Assembly: GCA_010909165.1 (NCBI GenBank)
Contig: MU008187.1
Span: 562,247 to 626,246 of the forward strand
Length of the DNA stretch: 64,000 bases
Direction: 5' to 3'
Origin: Anthoceros angustus
Taxonomy: Eukaryota; Plantae; Anthocerotophyta
Shown here: positions 26,401-38,637 of the stretch, piece by piece
How positions within the stretch are numbered: position 1 is the first letter of the stretch
Layout: every line of letters starts with the position of its first letter
Position numbers and translations under genes: made by a program
The notes under the pieces: model-generated
The model's database searches: none
What the model was told of the DNA's origin: nothing
The model's input: only the letters and a program-made list of their open reading frames with translations

Positions 26401-29400
26401 TGCGGGCCGCCGCCTCCGGCATCGCTCCCTCATGCCTGCTCGGAGGGCACCAAAAGGAGGAAGGGAATCGCCTCCCAAACTTCCACAGGTGGTGAGGGGT
26501 TCGCTCGCGTATGGAGTCAGGAATCCTCCCGATCGCCCGGGTGACTCCGTTGGCCCCTCCTTCCATGGTGAGGTGCGGGGTGCTTACCTCGATCGCATCC
26601 GCGCTCCTCGTTACCTCCGGTTGCTCTCCGCGCTCCGTCATCTCCAAGCAGGGCCACTAGGGTCCTGTCTTTGTCCCGTGGCCTTCATCTCGAGCCTTCC
26701 GGTGGTCCGTCTGCGGCCGAGAGGCTTCTCGGGGCTCGGTGTGGTAATAGGCAAAGTCTGAATCGACTTGTTGAATTGCCTCTTCCACGTGTGCGGAGCA
26801 CCAACTCCCTCCGCCATAAGTGTTAGGGGGCGTCTTGCCGGCTTGTTGGGCCACCTCTCTGCCCAGTTGTGTTGGGCGTATCGCGAGGCTACAAGGCGGC
26901 CTCGGTCACCTCCTGCGGCACTGTTGCTCCACTGCTCCGGCTCCGTCGTTTCCTTTCCGCCACTTACCGCCATAGCGCGTTCCCTTCCGCCTTTCTCTGG
27001 ACCCGGCTTCTTTTACGCTTCCGTGCTCGCGCTCCTCCGTTCATTCGGCCTTTAGCTCATGACTCCTCTCCAGTGATCGGATACCTCCGTCCTCGGACTT
27101 CCTCCGGCTCCCAGCAGCAGCGTCCAACTCCTTGGATAGTCGCGATTTTCCTCCGTCTTGAGGAGGGGCACTGTTCGTGCTCGAGTCGTGGATTCTCTCG
27201 TTGAGAATCACTGCTTGCTCGACGCATCTTGGAGTTGTAGCTCAGTGTCCTTCTGTCCTCCATCTGCTGCCGCCTCCCTTCTACCTCACTGTGTACTCGG
27301 AGATCCCTATCTCCCCTCTTGGCCTTGCACACTCCATAGCCTTTGTCACGGCCTTGAGTTAGCCTCTGCTGTGACTCTCTCTCCCGGGATCCGTGCATGG
27401 TGATCCGGTCGCTCTTCACCGCTTGACTCCTTGCCGCCTTTACGGGCCTCGCCCATTTGGCTCTGGCCGGCCGCCTCCGCCCAGTCGAGCTCTCTCTGCT
27501 TGTGCCGGGCCTCTTCCGCCTCTGCTGCGCTTCCCTCTTAGCAAAGGTCCTCCGCGCTTGGGCCTCCCAGGCTTGCTTGATTGTTGGTGAAGAACCTTGG
27601 ATCTGCTTGGGCCTCGCGCTCCGCCACCCGGCGTTTCCCTTCCTCGATCGGCGAGGGACTCCGCCTTTCCTTTGCCCCTCGGCGCCTTCACTTGCTCTTG
27701 GGTTCCACCATCCTCCTCGGGTGGCCTCCACTTCCAGGTCTTCTCCATTGCAGAGACCCCAAAGCATTCCGTCCATGGCGTAGCAGGACTTCGCCGTGTT
27801 TCTTCACGGCCGTGGTGAGGCCCCACAAAGTCCGTAGTGGGGAGCATTTCTCGTCCGAGGACCTCCATACCGCGATCAGGAGTAAGTCGGTGGGTTCTCG
27901 GACCTAATCGGGACCCTCGGGTCACAGTGGTGTCAGTCTCACCCTCTTTGGCCCTCTTGGCCTCTAACTCCTTTGTGCCCTCTTTCTCACAGGGCTCGGA
28001 GGAGGTGAGGGGGTCGGGAGCAAGCTCTTTTGCCCCTTCGCCGGGGGCAGGGCCGGCTCGAGGTGGGGCTGCCCGGTGACCTCCTGCTCCTTGGGCCACG
28101 TCCCCTGCCCTCCTTACCTCTTGACCTCTTGCCACTCAGGTGGGCGGGGTAAGTGTGGCACCTGAGTCTTTGCGTTGGTAAGCGGCACCGTCTTCCGCCT
28201 CTTGGCTCCCGAGTTCGTCGGGGCTCGGTGTCGTGGTTGTTGGTACATTGCGCCGTGAGCGCCCTCGCATCGGCTCCCTCTGTCTGCTCGGAGGGCACCA
28301 AAAGGAGGAAGGGAATCGCCTCCCAAACTTCCACAGGTGGTGAGGGGTTCGCTCAGGGCGTATGGAGTCGGAATCCTCGATCGTCCTCCTCCGAGTCCGC
28401 TTGGTCTTGAAGGGCGACCCCCACCTCGGCGCCCTTACGCTCTACTTGGCGGGGCCTCCGGCCCCGGGCGCCCGCTCAAGCTCTCCCTCCTTGAGAGCTC
28501 GAAATGTCCCCATACATGAATCGGTATGGGGTCGATCGAGGCTTCGCTCCTTAGCTTGCGTGCCTCTGGAGCAGGCGAAGATAATCCTTCCCAGTCGCTC
28601 TCTTCCCCAGCGCATGCGAATACCAGAGTTATCACCAAGGTGATCCACCTTGGTGGCAGTTCAATGGACAATGATCCGGGCTACCGCCCTTACTCATCCG
28701 GCGGATCGGATATCAACCATCCGTTGGTTGTCCTGCGTTCGAGCCTCGGCCGCCGTGGGTGCCCTATCTTCCCGCCGCGGGCTCGGCACCACGCCCCTTC
28801 TTCCTCCTTGGGCGGTTGTAGGCCATCCTCGGGACCTCAAGGTCCATCGCCTCGGGTCCTCCGGAGGTTCTTGGATCGGACCTCCTTGTTGATCGCCCGC
28901 ATCTTCGGGCAAACTCCGGACTAGAGTAGCGTTGTCAAAGGTCGAGACCATTTGGAACACGTCCGGATGCCACTCCTGCAATTCCCCACTTCCTCCGGCC
29001 GGGGAAGTCCGGATAGCGGGTCACAATGTTGCGCTCCACGGTCCATGGCTCCCAGACTTCTCGGCTTTTGGGCCATTGTTCTCTCCTCCTCTTGTTCTGT
29101 TGGCTGGTCCGTCACGATGTTCCTCCGCGCGTTCGTTGCCAACCTTGACGGTGCGCCGCGCTCTAAGCGGCGCGCCCAAAAGATAGCGCGGGCCGGATGC
29201 GGGCGCAAGGGCTGTGAGATTGCGGAGGCTGCGCGGCTGACCCCTCCTTGGCGCGCTTGTGGAAATGCTTCTGGCGGAAGGCGCCTCTTCGTTGTCCGTG
29301 CGCGAGTGCATGGCTTACTCGACCCTCGCGCTTACTGCGGCCTTACGCGCGCGCGCGGGCGTGAATACTGCCTTATAACGGCCTCGGCAAATTCTGTCTG

Positions 29401-31515
29401 ACCTGCATGCCCGACCTCCACTCGGGGCCGTCACGTGGCGCCGCCTCACATCCTCACGCCTCGCTCCTTAGCTTGCGTGCCTCTGGAAGGCGAAGATAAT
29501 CCTTCCCAGTCCGCTCTCTTCCCATTGGGCGCATGCGAGAATACCAGGTTATCACCAAGGTGATCCACCTTGGTGAGTTCAATGGACAATGATCCGCTCC
29601 GCCCTTACTCGGCCCCGGGATCGGATATCAACCATCCGTTGGTTGTCGCTGCGTTCGAGCCTCGGCCGCCGCGTGGGCCTATCTTCCCGCCGCCTTAAGG
29701 GCTCGGCACCACGCCCCTTCTTCCTCCTTGAGGCGGTTGTAGGCCATCCTCGGGACCTCAAGGTCCATCGCCTCGGGTCCTCCGGAGGTTCTTGGATCGG
29801 ACCTCCTTGTTGATCGCCCGCATCTTCGGGCAAACTCCGGACTAGAGTAGCGTTGTCAAAGGTCGAGACCATTTGGAACACGTCCGGATGCCACTCCTGC
29901 AATTCCCCACTTCCTCCGGCCGGGGAAGTCCGGATAGCGGGTCACAATGTTGCGCTCCACGGTCCATGGCTCCCAGACTTCTCGGCTTTTGGGCCATTGT
30001 TCTCTCCTCCTCTTGTTCTGTTGGCTGGTCCGTCACGATGTTCCTCCGCGCGTTCGTTGCCAACCTTGACGGTGCGCCGCGCTCTAAGCGGCGCGCCCAA
30101 AAGATAGCGCGGGCCGGATGCGGGCGCAAGGGCTGTGAGATTGCGGAGGCTGCGCGGCTGACCCCTCCTTGGCGCGCTTGTGGAAATGCTTCTGGCGGAA
30201 GGCGCCTCTTCGTTGTCCGTGCGCGAGTGCATGGCTTACTCGACCCTCGCGCTTACTGCGGCCTTACGCGCGCGCGCGGGCGTGAATACTGCCTTATAAC
30301 GGCCTCGGCAAATTCTGTCTGACCTGCATGCCCGACCTCCACTCGGGGCCGTCACGTGGCGCCGCCTCACATCCTCACGCCTCGCTCCTTAGCTTGCGTG
30401 CCTCTGGAAGGCGAAGATAATCCTTCCCAGTCCGCTCTCTTCCCATTGGGCGCATGCGAGAATACCAGGTTATCACCAAGGTGATCCACCTTGGTGAGTT
30501 CAATGGACAATGATCCGCTCCGCCCTTACTCGGCCCCGGGATCGGATATCAACCATCCGTTGGTTGTCGCTGCGTTCGAGCCTCGGCCGCCGCGTGGGCC
30601 TATCTTCCCGCCGCCTTAAGGGCTCGGCACCACGCCCCTTCTTCCTCCTTGAGGCGGTTGTAGGCCATCCTCGGGACCTCAAGGTCCATCGCCTCGTCCT
30701 CCGGAGGTTCTTGGATCGGACCTCCTTGTTGATCGCCGCCCGGCATCTTCGGGCAAACTCCCGGACTAGGTAGCGTTGTCAAAGGTCGAACCATTTGGAA
30801 CACGTCCGGATGCCACTCTGCACCAATTCCCCACCTTCCGGGCCGAAGTCCGGATAGCGGGTCACAATGTTGCGCTCCGAGGTCCATGGCTCCCAGTTTC
30901 CGTCGGCTTTTGGGTGCCATTGCTTTCTCCTCCTCTTGTTCTTTGTGGCTGCTGGCCGGCGCGATGTTCCTCCGCCGCGCGTTCGTTGCTCCAACCTTGA
31001 TGGCGCTCTGCGGGCGCCCAAAAAGGCGAGCGGATTGCGGGCGCAAGGCTGAGGATGAGGCGGCCTGACCTCCTCTTGGCGCTTGTGGAAGTAAGCTGGC
31101 GGAAGGCGCCTCGTTGTCATGGCGCGAAGTGCAGCTGGTACTCGACCCTACGCTTACCTGCGGCCTTCGCGCGGGCCGCGGGCGTGAATACACTGCCTGC
31201 GGCCTCAGCAGGTTGGTCACAGCCTCACATGCACCTCCACTCGGGGCCGTCCGTGGCGCCGCCTCGTCTCCTCACGCTCGCTCCCGGTTACTTTCCTGGC
31301 GTACTTATCCTATTTTGACTGGAGTGGGTTCGGACTTATCCGTTACTCCGTAGTCGAGCTTGCCATAGTGGTGCAGGTCCGTTGTTCACTCCAGTCGGAG
31401 TATACTCGAGCCTCGTCCGGCGCTACCCCAATTTATTCCTCCTTTTCCTTATTTATCCTTCAATCCTAAAAAGCGAAACCCTACTTATTTCTTAACTCCC
31501 AGTGCATAGCCCACA
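23484..31515 (-). repeat. 3' LTR of the Gypsy (8.0 kb as assembled, ~4.35 kb after removing internal tandem duplications)
   Basis: Begins TGTGGCGGGAC and ends ATAGCCCACA, as does 38638-45380. Adjacent PPT GAGAAGGGAGTA on -. Confidence 0.9.
24470..24620. repeat. ~12-bp tandem array with palindromic core GTCCGGAC inside the Gypsy LTR (also at 39590-39757)
   Basis: Repeated GAGTCCGGACTT-like units in both LTRs. Confidence 0.85.
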
Positions 31516-31529
31516 TACTCCCTTCTCAT

Positions 31530-34500
31530 CATTGGCGTCTCCGCCAACACTAAGCATACTTCTTCACCGCCACCCGTTTCAAGTGGGCAGCTCTCCATCT
31601 AGGCATCGTGGGCCGGACCCGTTGTCATATACTTGCACCACTTGGTACGGACCCATCCATCTCGGTGAAGTTTGCACGGAAAATGCATGTGACTATCATA
31701 AAGGAGGGCGGTCCCTTCCTTTACATACTCGATTCATGATCGGCGATCGTGCCAAATCTTCCTGGTTTTGCACCAGCTGCATCTTGGTGCTTCTTCCTCC
31801 TCGTGTCTTTGCAAACCCCAAGAGTCGCTCGGTGGCTTTCCTCTTCTCTCTCCTTCCATCATTACTCGAAAAGTGGGCACTTCAAACTCACGGCATTACG
31901 GAGAGTGTCCGTAGGTCAAGTAAGGGTCCGTTGTGTGGTCACCTTCTCTGCGGGCATACGGTCACGGATGGCGACTTAGTATCCGATCATGGGCGTAGTT
32001 CGTGAGTTTATTCGGGATCCAGATGAGCCCATTTGTCTTCTCTGACCCATTGGCCTTAGGATTGTAGGGTGTCTTGTCTTGCGATGATTGATGCGAAATA
32101 CTCCGTCATGGCGGCCACCACATCATTAAGGAAATGGGTTCCCCTATCACTTACCAAGCTGCGGACATCCGTGGTTATGATGTTCTCGTCGAATTTGGCC
32201 ACGGTATTTGCAGTCCGTTCTTGTCGCCGCCTCTACCACAGTGCGATGAGTCCGTTCTTGTCGCCACCGCCTCTACCCAGTGCGATGTCCTTGCCACGGG
32301 ATGTATCTCCTTTGTGTGTGTCTTGTCGTGGTGTATGGGTCCAACAAAGTCAATACCCCACTTTTGAAGGTGCCGGTGCCAATATCGGTACTAGCGTGTC
32401 GTCGGGGTTGGCTTTCCGATCCGACAAGCATCACACTTCTTCCTAAGCGGTGGGTGTCCCCATACATTGTTGGCCACGGTATCCGCTTCAAAATCTTTTG
32501 GTGGTGACTGTCTTGCGTAGTGTCACCCCAATCCTTCGTGCATTCCCTTGGACCGCTCACTCTCTGCGGTTGCAAGTACCTTCGTTCTACTCCGTCGGCC
32601 CTAATTTGAACACACACCGTTGTACATTACGAAGGGTCGAGCATAGTGCACGAATGCCTCCCCCTCATCCGAGTCATTTTGGGAAGCTCCATTCCCAGTA
32701 CCGCTCTATTTCTTCGTGGGTCGGACGGCCCGGCGGACCCTCCCTTCTCCGCTAAATGCCGGTTCTCGTAGCTTGGGGTTGGTCGGGCTCCTCGGTTGTA
32801 CTTTTCTGCGGCAACCAATGTCTCATCCAGGAGCGCATCTTCACGATCTCTCAACACCGCTCTTTCAATCGTGTGACGAAATGCATTTGGTCTTGCCTCC
32901 CTTGTCTTGTTTCCACTTGAGTGAACTCCTGCAGCAACAATATCCACCTTGCTATCCGTCCGGACAGGTCCGTCTTATTCACCAGATGCTTCAGCGCAAA
33001 GTGGTCTACATAGAACACAAACTCACTGGGTAGTAGGTAGTGTCGGAATTTCTTGACAGCATATACCATACCCAGTGCTTCGCGCTCTGTAGTTGTGTAT
33101 TTTCGTTCCGCGTGGGTGAGCTGTCGTCCAGCGTAGTATACGGGATAATCCCGTCGCTTGTCGTCCTTCGGCTCGGCACTCCGATAGCAAAGCGGACATC
33201 TACATACACATGAAATTTCTGCTCGATCCGGTCCTCTTAGGGCAGTGCGCTTACCAAGGTGTTAGTAAATCCGAAGGCCTCCTCTCGCTCCTGAGACGGT
33301 CCAAACCTCCTCCTTCCATGAGTTACATCAACTTAGCCGCCCTCTTAGCAAAGTCCTTAATAAACCGGTAGTATCCCACCATTCCGAAACCTCTCGGCTC
33401 CTTTAGGTTCGTCTGGTGGAGGATGACCGGACCTTGTCTGGTCCACCTCGATTCCAGCGCGACACCGATGTCGACAAGATTCCCTCCGTCATTCCAAAGT
33501 AGCATTTCTCGGGTGTAGGCTCAATTGAGTCTCCGGCTCAAGCACCTTCTTAGATGCCCAAGGTGTTTGTCCTGCTCCCCATGCACACAAAATCATCCAG
33601 AATATCTCCATGAAGTCCCTCGAAGTCACGGAAGGCGTTGGTCACCATCGCATGAGCGACCACAGCTCGGTCATCCCAAAGGCACTTCTCTTGTAGGCAA
33701 GCGTACCCCACTCCGTAGTGAAGGTCGTCTTGTCGGTCAAACTCCCTTAGGTGCAATTGGTTGTCCGGAGTAGCCATCCAGGAAGGAGTAAGTAGTCCGT
33801 CCGACCACCTTGTCCAAAATGTCGTCTGAATGGCATCGGAAGTGGTCCTTCTCGTTCTTGAGCTTCCTCCAATCTTGGCATACCGAATTTGTCTGGTGTT
33901 TCTTGGGAACCACCACAATCGGTAGCGACCCACTCGGCTGTGATGGGGAAAATGATGTCTGCCTCCGGTACTTATCAAGGACCTCCTTCACCTTGATCGA
34001 ATACTTGGGGTTGAGCTTGTATTGTCGGATTCGGTGGCACCGCTCCGGCTTCAAATCGATCTTATGCTCTCCCACTTCTTGAATGCCCTTCATGTCCGTG
34101 ACCTTGAAGGCGAACACCTCATAAAACTCCCCATGCTTTAGTCCTTCCTTGGTCCGGAGGCATGCCTTTCTTAAACTTGAGAATTTGCTGGCGGACCTCC
34201 ACTTCTTCCACGTCGTCCGGGTTCACGTCTCCGTTCCCGTCTTTGCCTCGGCGTCAAACCCCTCGTCCTCCTCTCGGGATCGTCCTCTCGCATCCCCATT
34301 CTCTGAAGAGCTCGTCGGAGGTGAATCGTGTTACTCCTTGATGTCCGCTTTTCCTTGGTCCGACTCTTGTTGTCTCCCCCTTGTCTTTGGTCCGACCTCC
34401 TCTTCACTTCCTTCCTCCGGCCCGTTGTGGCGTTTACTCGAAAACAATCAACCACCCACGCCAAAGGCATCCTGTAGTCCATCTCCTCCTCGGACCGGCG

Positions 34501-37500
34501 GATCTTGGCGAAAGTCGCCTCCTCGGAACTATCTTGTTCGTCGCGATTGGAGTCCTCCGAGGTATACCTTCGGTAGTGCTCACAGTTTCTCCACAATAGG
34601 TGTCCTTGCTCCGGTGATAGCAACCCTCCCTTCTCGCACCTTAGGGTCCCGGTCCACGGCTTGAAGTGAATCTCCTTCCTTCCAAAGTGTAGCTTTGCAG
34701 GCCAACCCCACCATGGCAGCAACACCTCATACCCTAATGGTCCGGCGGTTTGATCACAACAAAATCCGGTTTGTAGGGTGCAGGCTATGGTGGCCAAGAC
34801 TCGGTTAACTCCCGCGGATCTCTTCTTGACATATACGCCATTCTCGAGTCTTCGTTGAGGTTCGAAGGATGTGAAGCCCAATTTTCGTGCGTGGCTTGGG
34901 TGATGAGGTTGACTCGGACCCGTGTCCAGCGGTACATCCTTGATGATACATCCAATCTCCACTTGTACCACTGGCGCCCCAGGTCCGGGACACCACCCTC
35001 ACTTCCAACGCTACCCTTCACGGCTTTGGTGCTCCGGGTGGGTTTCCCTAACGGCCCGGCCGGACCTCTTGCGGTATTTGGGTTATCCCTCGGCGGTATC
35101 GAAAGGACACAAGGTGCTGATTCATCATCGGTCCGCCACATTAAAGGGGCGAGGCTTCTACCCCAATCGAGGATCCTGCTGCGTCCTCATCCTCTCCCGG
35201 GTCACTTAGTGTTGGTATTCTCCGGATGCTTGCGCATTTCCTCCTGCAACATCTCGGTCACCTCCGGACTACGTCCAAAAGCTAACGTCGCCGTCGCGGG
35301 AGGCACCGTTCCTTCTCCTGTCACATCTGGAGAACTTCCTTGGGTAATCCCTCCGGCGGCTGCCGTCAGCCCTCCTTCATCGGATCCTCTGCTGGTATTT
35401 CCGTTTGATTGCCTTCCTCGGCGTCGTGGCGCTTCCTCGATCTTGTTCTTCTTCAATGGCGCCTTTCTCGTCGCTCCTTCCTTGACTCTGATAGACACCT
35501 CAAGATTTCCCGACTCCCTTCCTTCGACACCCCACCGTACCTTCTTGTTCTTTTCCATCTCGCGTACCTGGGAATCTCTTCCCACTCCATAAGCATCTTG
35601 ACTTGCCGTCAGTCGGTCTTAGGAGGTGGCGTTGGTGGTCGGGGTTCTCCGCTTGGTGTGGCATATCGTACCGTCCTTGTGAGGTTGGGACATAGCGTCT
35701 GCTGTCATATGCCCGGCCCTTGCGATCGCCACGGCTCGAAGTCCCCATTACCACCTCGTTGAGTGCGGACACGCGTTGGAGTAATGGCGAGATTCGCGGT
35801 TCCAACGGACCCGGCCGTCGGAGGATACGAAGGGCTCCCATGCGGTCTTTGCATCGGTGGGGCCCGTTGTATTGTGGACCTCCGGTTGGCGGATACATGG
35901 TTTTGGGATATCGCGGCCCGGAGGGGCTTCACATGCGATAGGCCTCTTCCCATTGCTCCTCGGCCTCCTCCTCGTATTCGTAGTCCACTTGATGCCGGCC
36001 TTGAGGCGGTTGGATTCGAATGGCCGTGTTATTCACGGCACGGCACACGAGATGCGTTCGCCGTGGTCGGTGTTTTCCGCGCTCTCGGTCCTTAACACAG
36101 TTTATCGCGGTCCTCTACTCTCTTTATCACTTTTCCGGTCCTCCCGGACACTGCTACCTCCTTTGAGGGAGTCGGGTCCGGTGGAGCTTCTCGGACGGTC
36201 TTGGTGTCACCACCTCCTTCTTACCACCGCTTCTTTTTGGCGGGGCTTTCTTGCTCTTCTTCTTGCGGGATACTCTTCCTCGCTAGAGACCTCTCTCTTC
36301 TTGGACTTGCTCCTCCTCGAAGACACCTCCGATTGGTCTTCCTCCTCCTCGAAGACTCTTCCTCCTCGATCGAACCCCGTTTCTTCTTCTTCTTCTTGCC
36401 TCCTTGGGATTTCTTTATCCTCGATGTAGCGATTCCTCGTAGTTTTTGGCCTCGACCGCCTTGCCCACGTCCTTCTCGGCGGCGGGGCGTGCACAGCCAT
36501 GGGTTTGGCTAGACCGGCGCGAACCACCGTCCGCTTGCATCGTGGTATGGGTTGGATGCCGATCCTCGGGGCATAGAACCGCTCGATGTCTGAGCCCGGC
36601 TTCTCCTTCTTCCCTCGATTTTCCAACTTTGATAATACATACCCCTCACGGTCGATCCTCGAAACCGTTCTAAGAAGGCATTTTCAAAGCTTCAAGCAGG
36701 CGGGTGGGGCATTCTCCGGTGGTACTTTCTCCGATACCATTGAGCGGTTCCTCGGAGAACCCCTTGGAAAAATGGATGAGTGCGTCGACTCCCTCTCCGT
36801 TGAAGTTGGCTTTGGACACGAAGTCCTCCACAAAGGTCTCGCATCCCTCCTTCATCGGATCCTCTGCTGGTATTTCCGTTTGATTGCCTTCCTCGGCGTC
36901 CGTGGCGCTTCCTCGATCTTGTTCTTCTTCAATGGCGCCTTTCTCGTCGCTCCTTCCTTCCTACAGTAGACACCTCAAGATTTCCACTCCTTCCTTTCGA
37001 CACCCCCCGTACCTTCTTGTTCTTTTCCATCTCGCGTACCTGGGAATCTCTTCCCACTCCATGGAGCATCTTGACTTGCCGTGCAGTACGGTCTTAGGAG
37101 GTGGCGTTGGTGGTCGGGGTTCTCCGCTTGGTGTGGCATATCGCGTACCGTCCTTGCGGGGTTGGGACATAGCGTCTTGCCTGTATGCCCGGCCTTGCGA
37201 TCGCCACCAGCTCGAAGTCCCCATTACCACCGCCTCGTTGGAGTGCGGACACGCGTTGGAGTAATGGCGAGATTCCAGTTCCAGACCACGGCCGTCGGAG
37301 GATACGAAGGGCTCCCATGCGGTCTTTGCATCGGTGGGGCCCGTTGTATTGACGGACCTCCGGTTGGCGGATACATGGTTTTGGGATATCGCGGCCCGGA
37401 GGGGCTTCACATGCGATAGGCCTCTTCCCATTGCTCCTCGGCCTCCTCCTCGTCGTAGTCCACTTGATGCACGGCCTTGAGGCGGTTGGATTCGAATGGC

Positions 37501-38560
37501 CGTGTATTGGCACGGCACACGTTCGTTCGCACCGTCGGTGTTTTCCGCGCTCTCGGTCCTTAACAGTTTATCGCGGTCCTCTACTCTCTTTATCACTTTT
37601 CCGGTCCTCCCGGACACACCTCCTTTGAGGGAGTCGGGTCCGGTGGAGCTTCTCGGACGGTCTTGGTGTCACCACCTCCTTCTTACCACCTTCTTTTAGG
37701 GGCTTTCTTGCTCTTCTTCTTGCGGGATACTCTTCCTCGCTAGAGACCTCCGTCTCTTCTTGGACTTGCTCCTCCTCAAGACACCTCCGATTGGTCTTCC
37801 TCCTCCTCAGACTCTTCCTCCTCAGTCCCGAACCCCGTTTCTTCTTCTTCTTCTTGCCTCCTTGGGATTTCTTTATCCTCGATGTAGCGATTCCTCGTAG
37901 TTTTCGGGCTCTTGCCCACGTCCTTCTCGGCGGGGGCGTGCACATGGGTTTGGCTAGACCGGCGCGAACCACCGTCACCATCGTGGTATGGGTTGGATGC
38001 CGATCCTCGGGGCATAGAACCGCTCGATGTCTGAGCCCGGCTTCTCCTTCTTCCTCGCTTGATTTTCCAACTTTGATAATACATACCCCTCTGGTCGATC
38101 CTCGAAACCGTTCTAAGAAGGCATTTTCAAAGCTTCAAGCAGGCGGGTGGGGCATTCTCCGTGGTCGGTACTTTCTCCGATACCATTGAGCGGTGTCCTC
38201 GGAGAACCCCTTGGAAAAGCTGGATGAGTGCGTCGACTCCCTCTCCGTTGAAGTTGGCTTTGGACACGAAGTCCTCCACAAAGGTCTCATCCGCTCCTTC
38301 TTCCCTCCGAATATGGAGTCGCTTGTTTGGTCGAGGTAGGGGCCATGGCTGCGCCATCGATGGGTTAGGCGTGTGTCCTACCTTCTTCCGTTGGCGTCCC
38401 TGTACCCGTACTCGTCTTGGTCCGACAATTCGACCACGTTCTCCTCCTCGATCGGCGGTGCTCTCGTTGGGTTTGGCGTCTCTCCTCTCCACGGCTCGGA
38501 GCACGAGGTGACCACGTCCGATCCTCCGGCAGTTCACTCTTGGCCGTCGCTCGACCGCCA
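31530..38560 (-). pseudogene. Gypsy gag-pol (frameshifted as assembled; gag segment tandemly duplicated at 35371/36846)
   Basis: Knuckle remnant QGPGHMTAD, protease PLDTG, RT HKIDLKP..QYKLNPKY, YSFLDGYSG, LDDF, RNase H MVYAVKKFRHYLL..GRIARWILLLQEF, integrase remnants. Confidence 0.9.
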
Positions 38561-38618
38561 CGCATTCACTTACCTTCTCTTCCTAAGGGCGCACTTTGCG
38601 GCACACGGACCGATTTCA

Positions 38619-38633
38619 TTCCCGGCAGCGCCA
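38619..38633 (-). promoter_or_regulatory. Gypsy primer binding site (tRNA-Asp-like)
   Basis: TGGCGCTGCCGGGAA on -, 4 nt after the LTR CA. Resembles the TGGCGCCGTTGCCGGGGA Asp PBS with a small deletion. Confidence 0.65.
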
Positions 38634-38637
38634 AAAA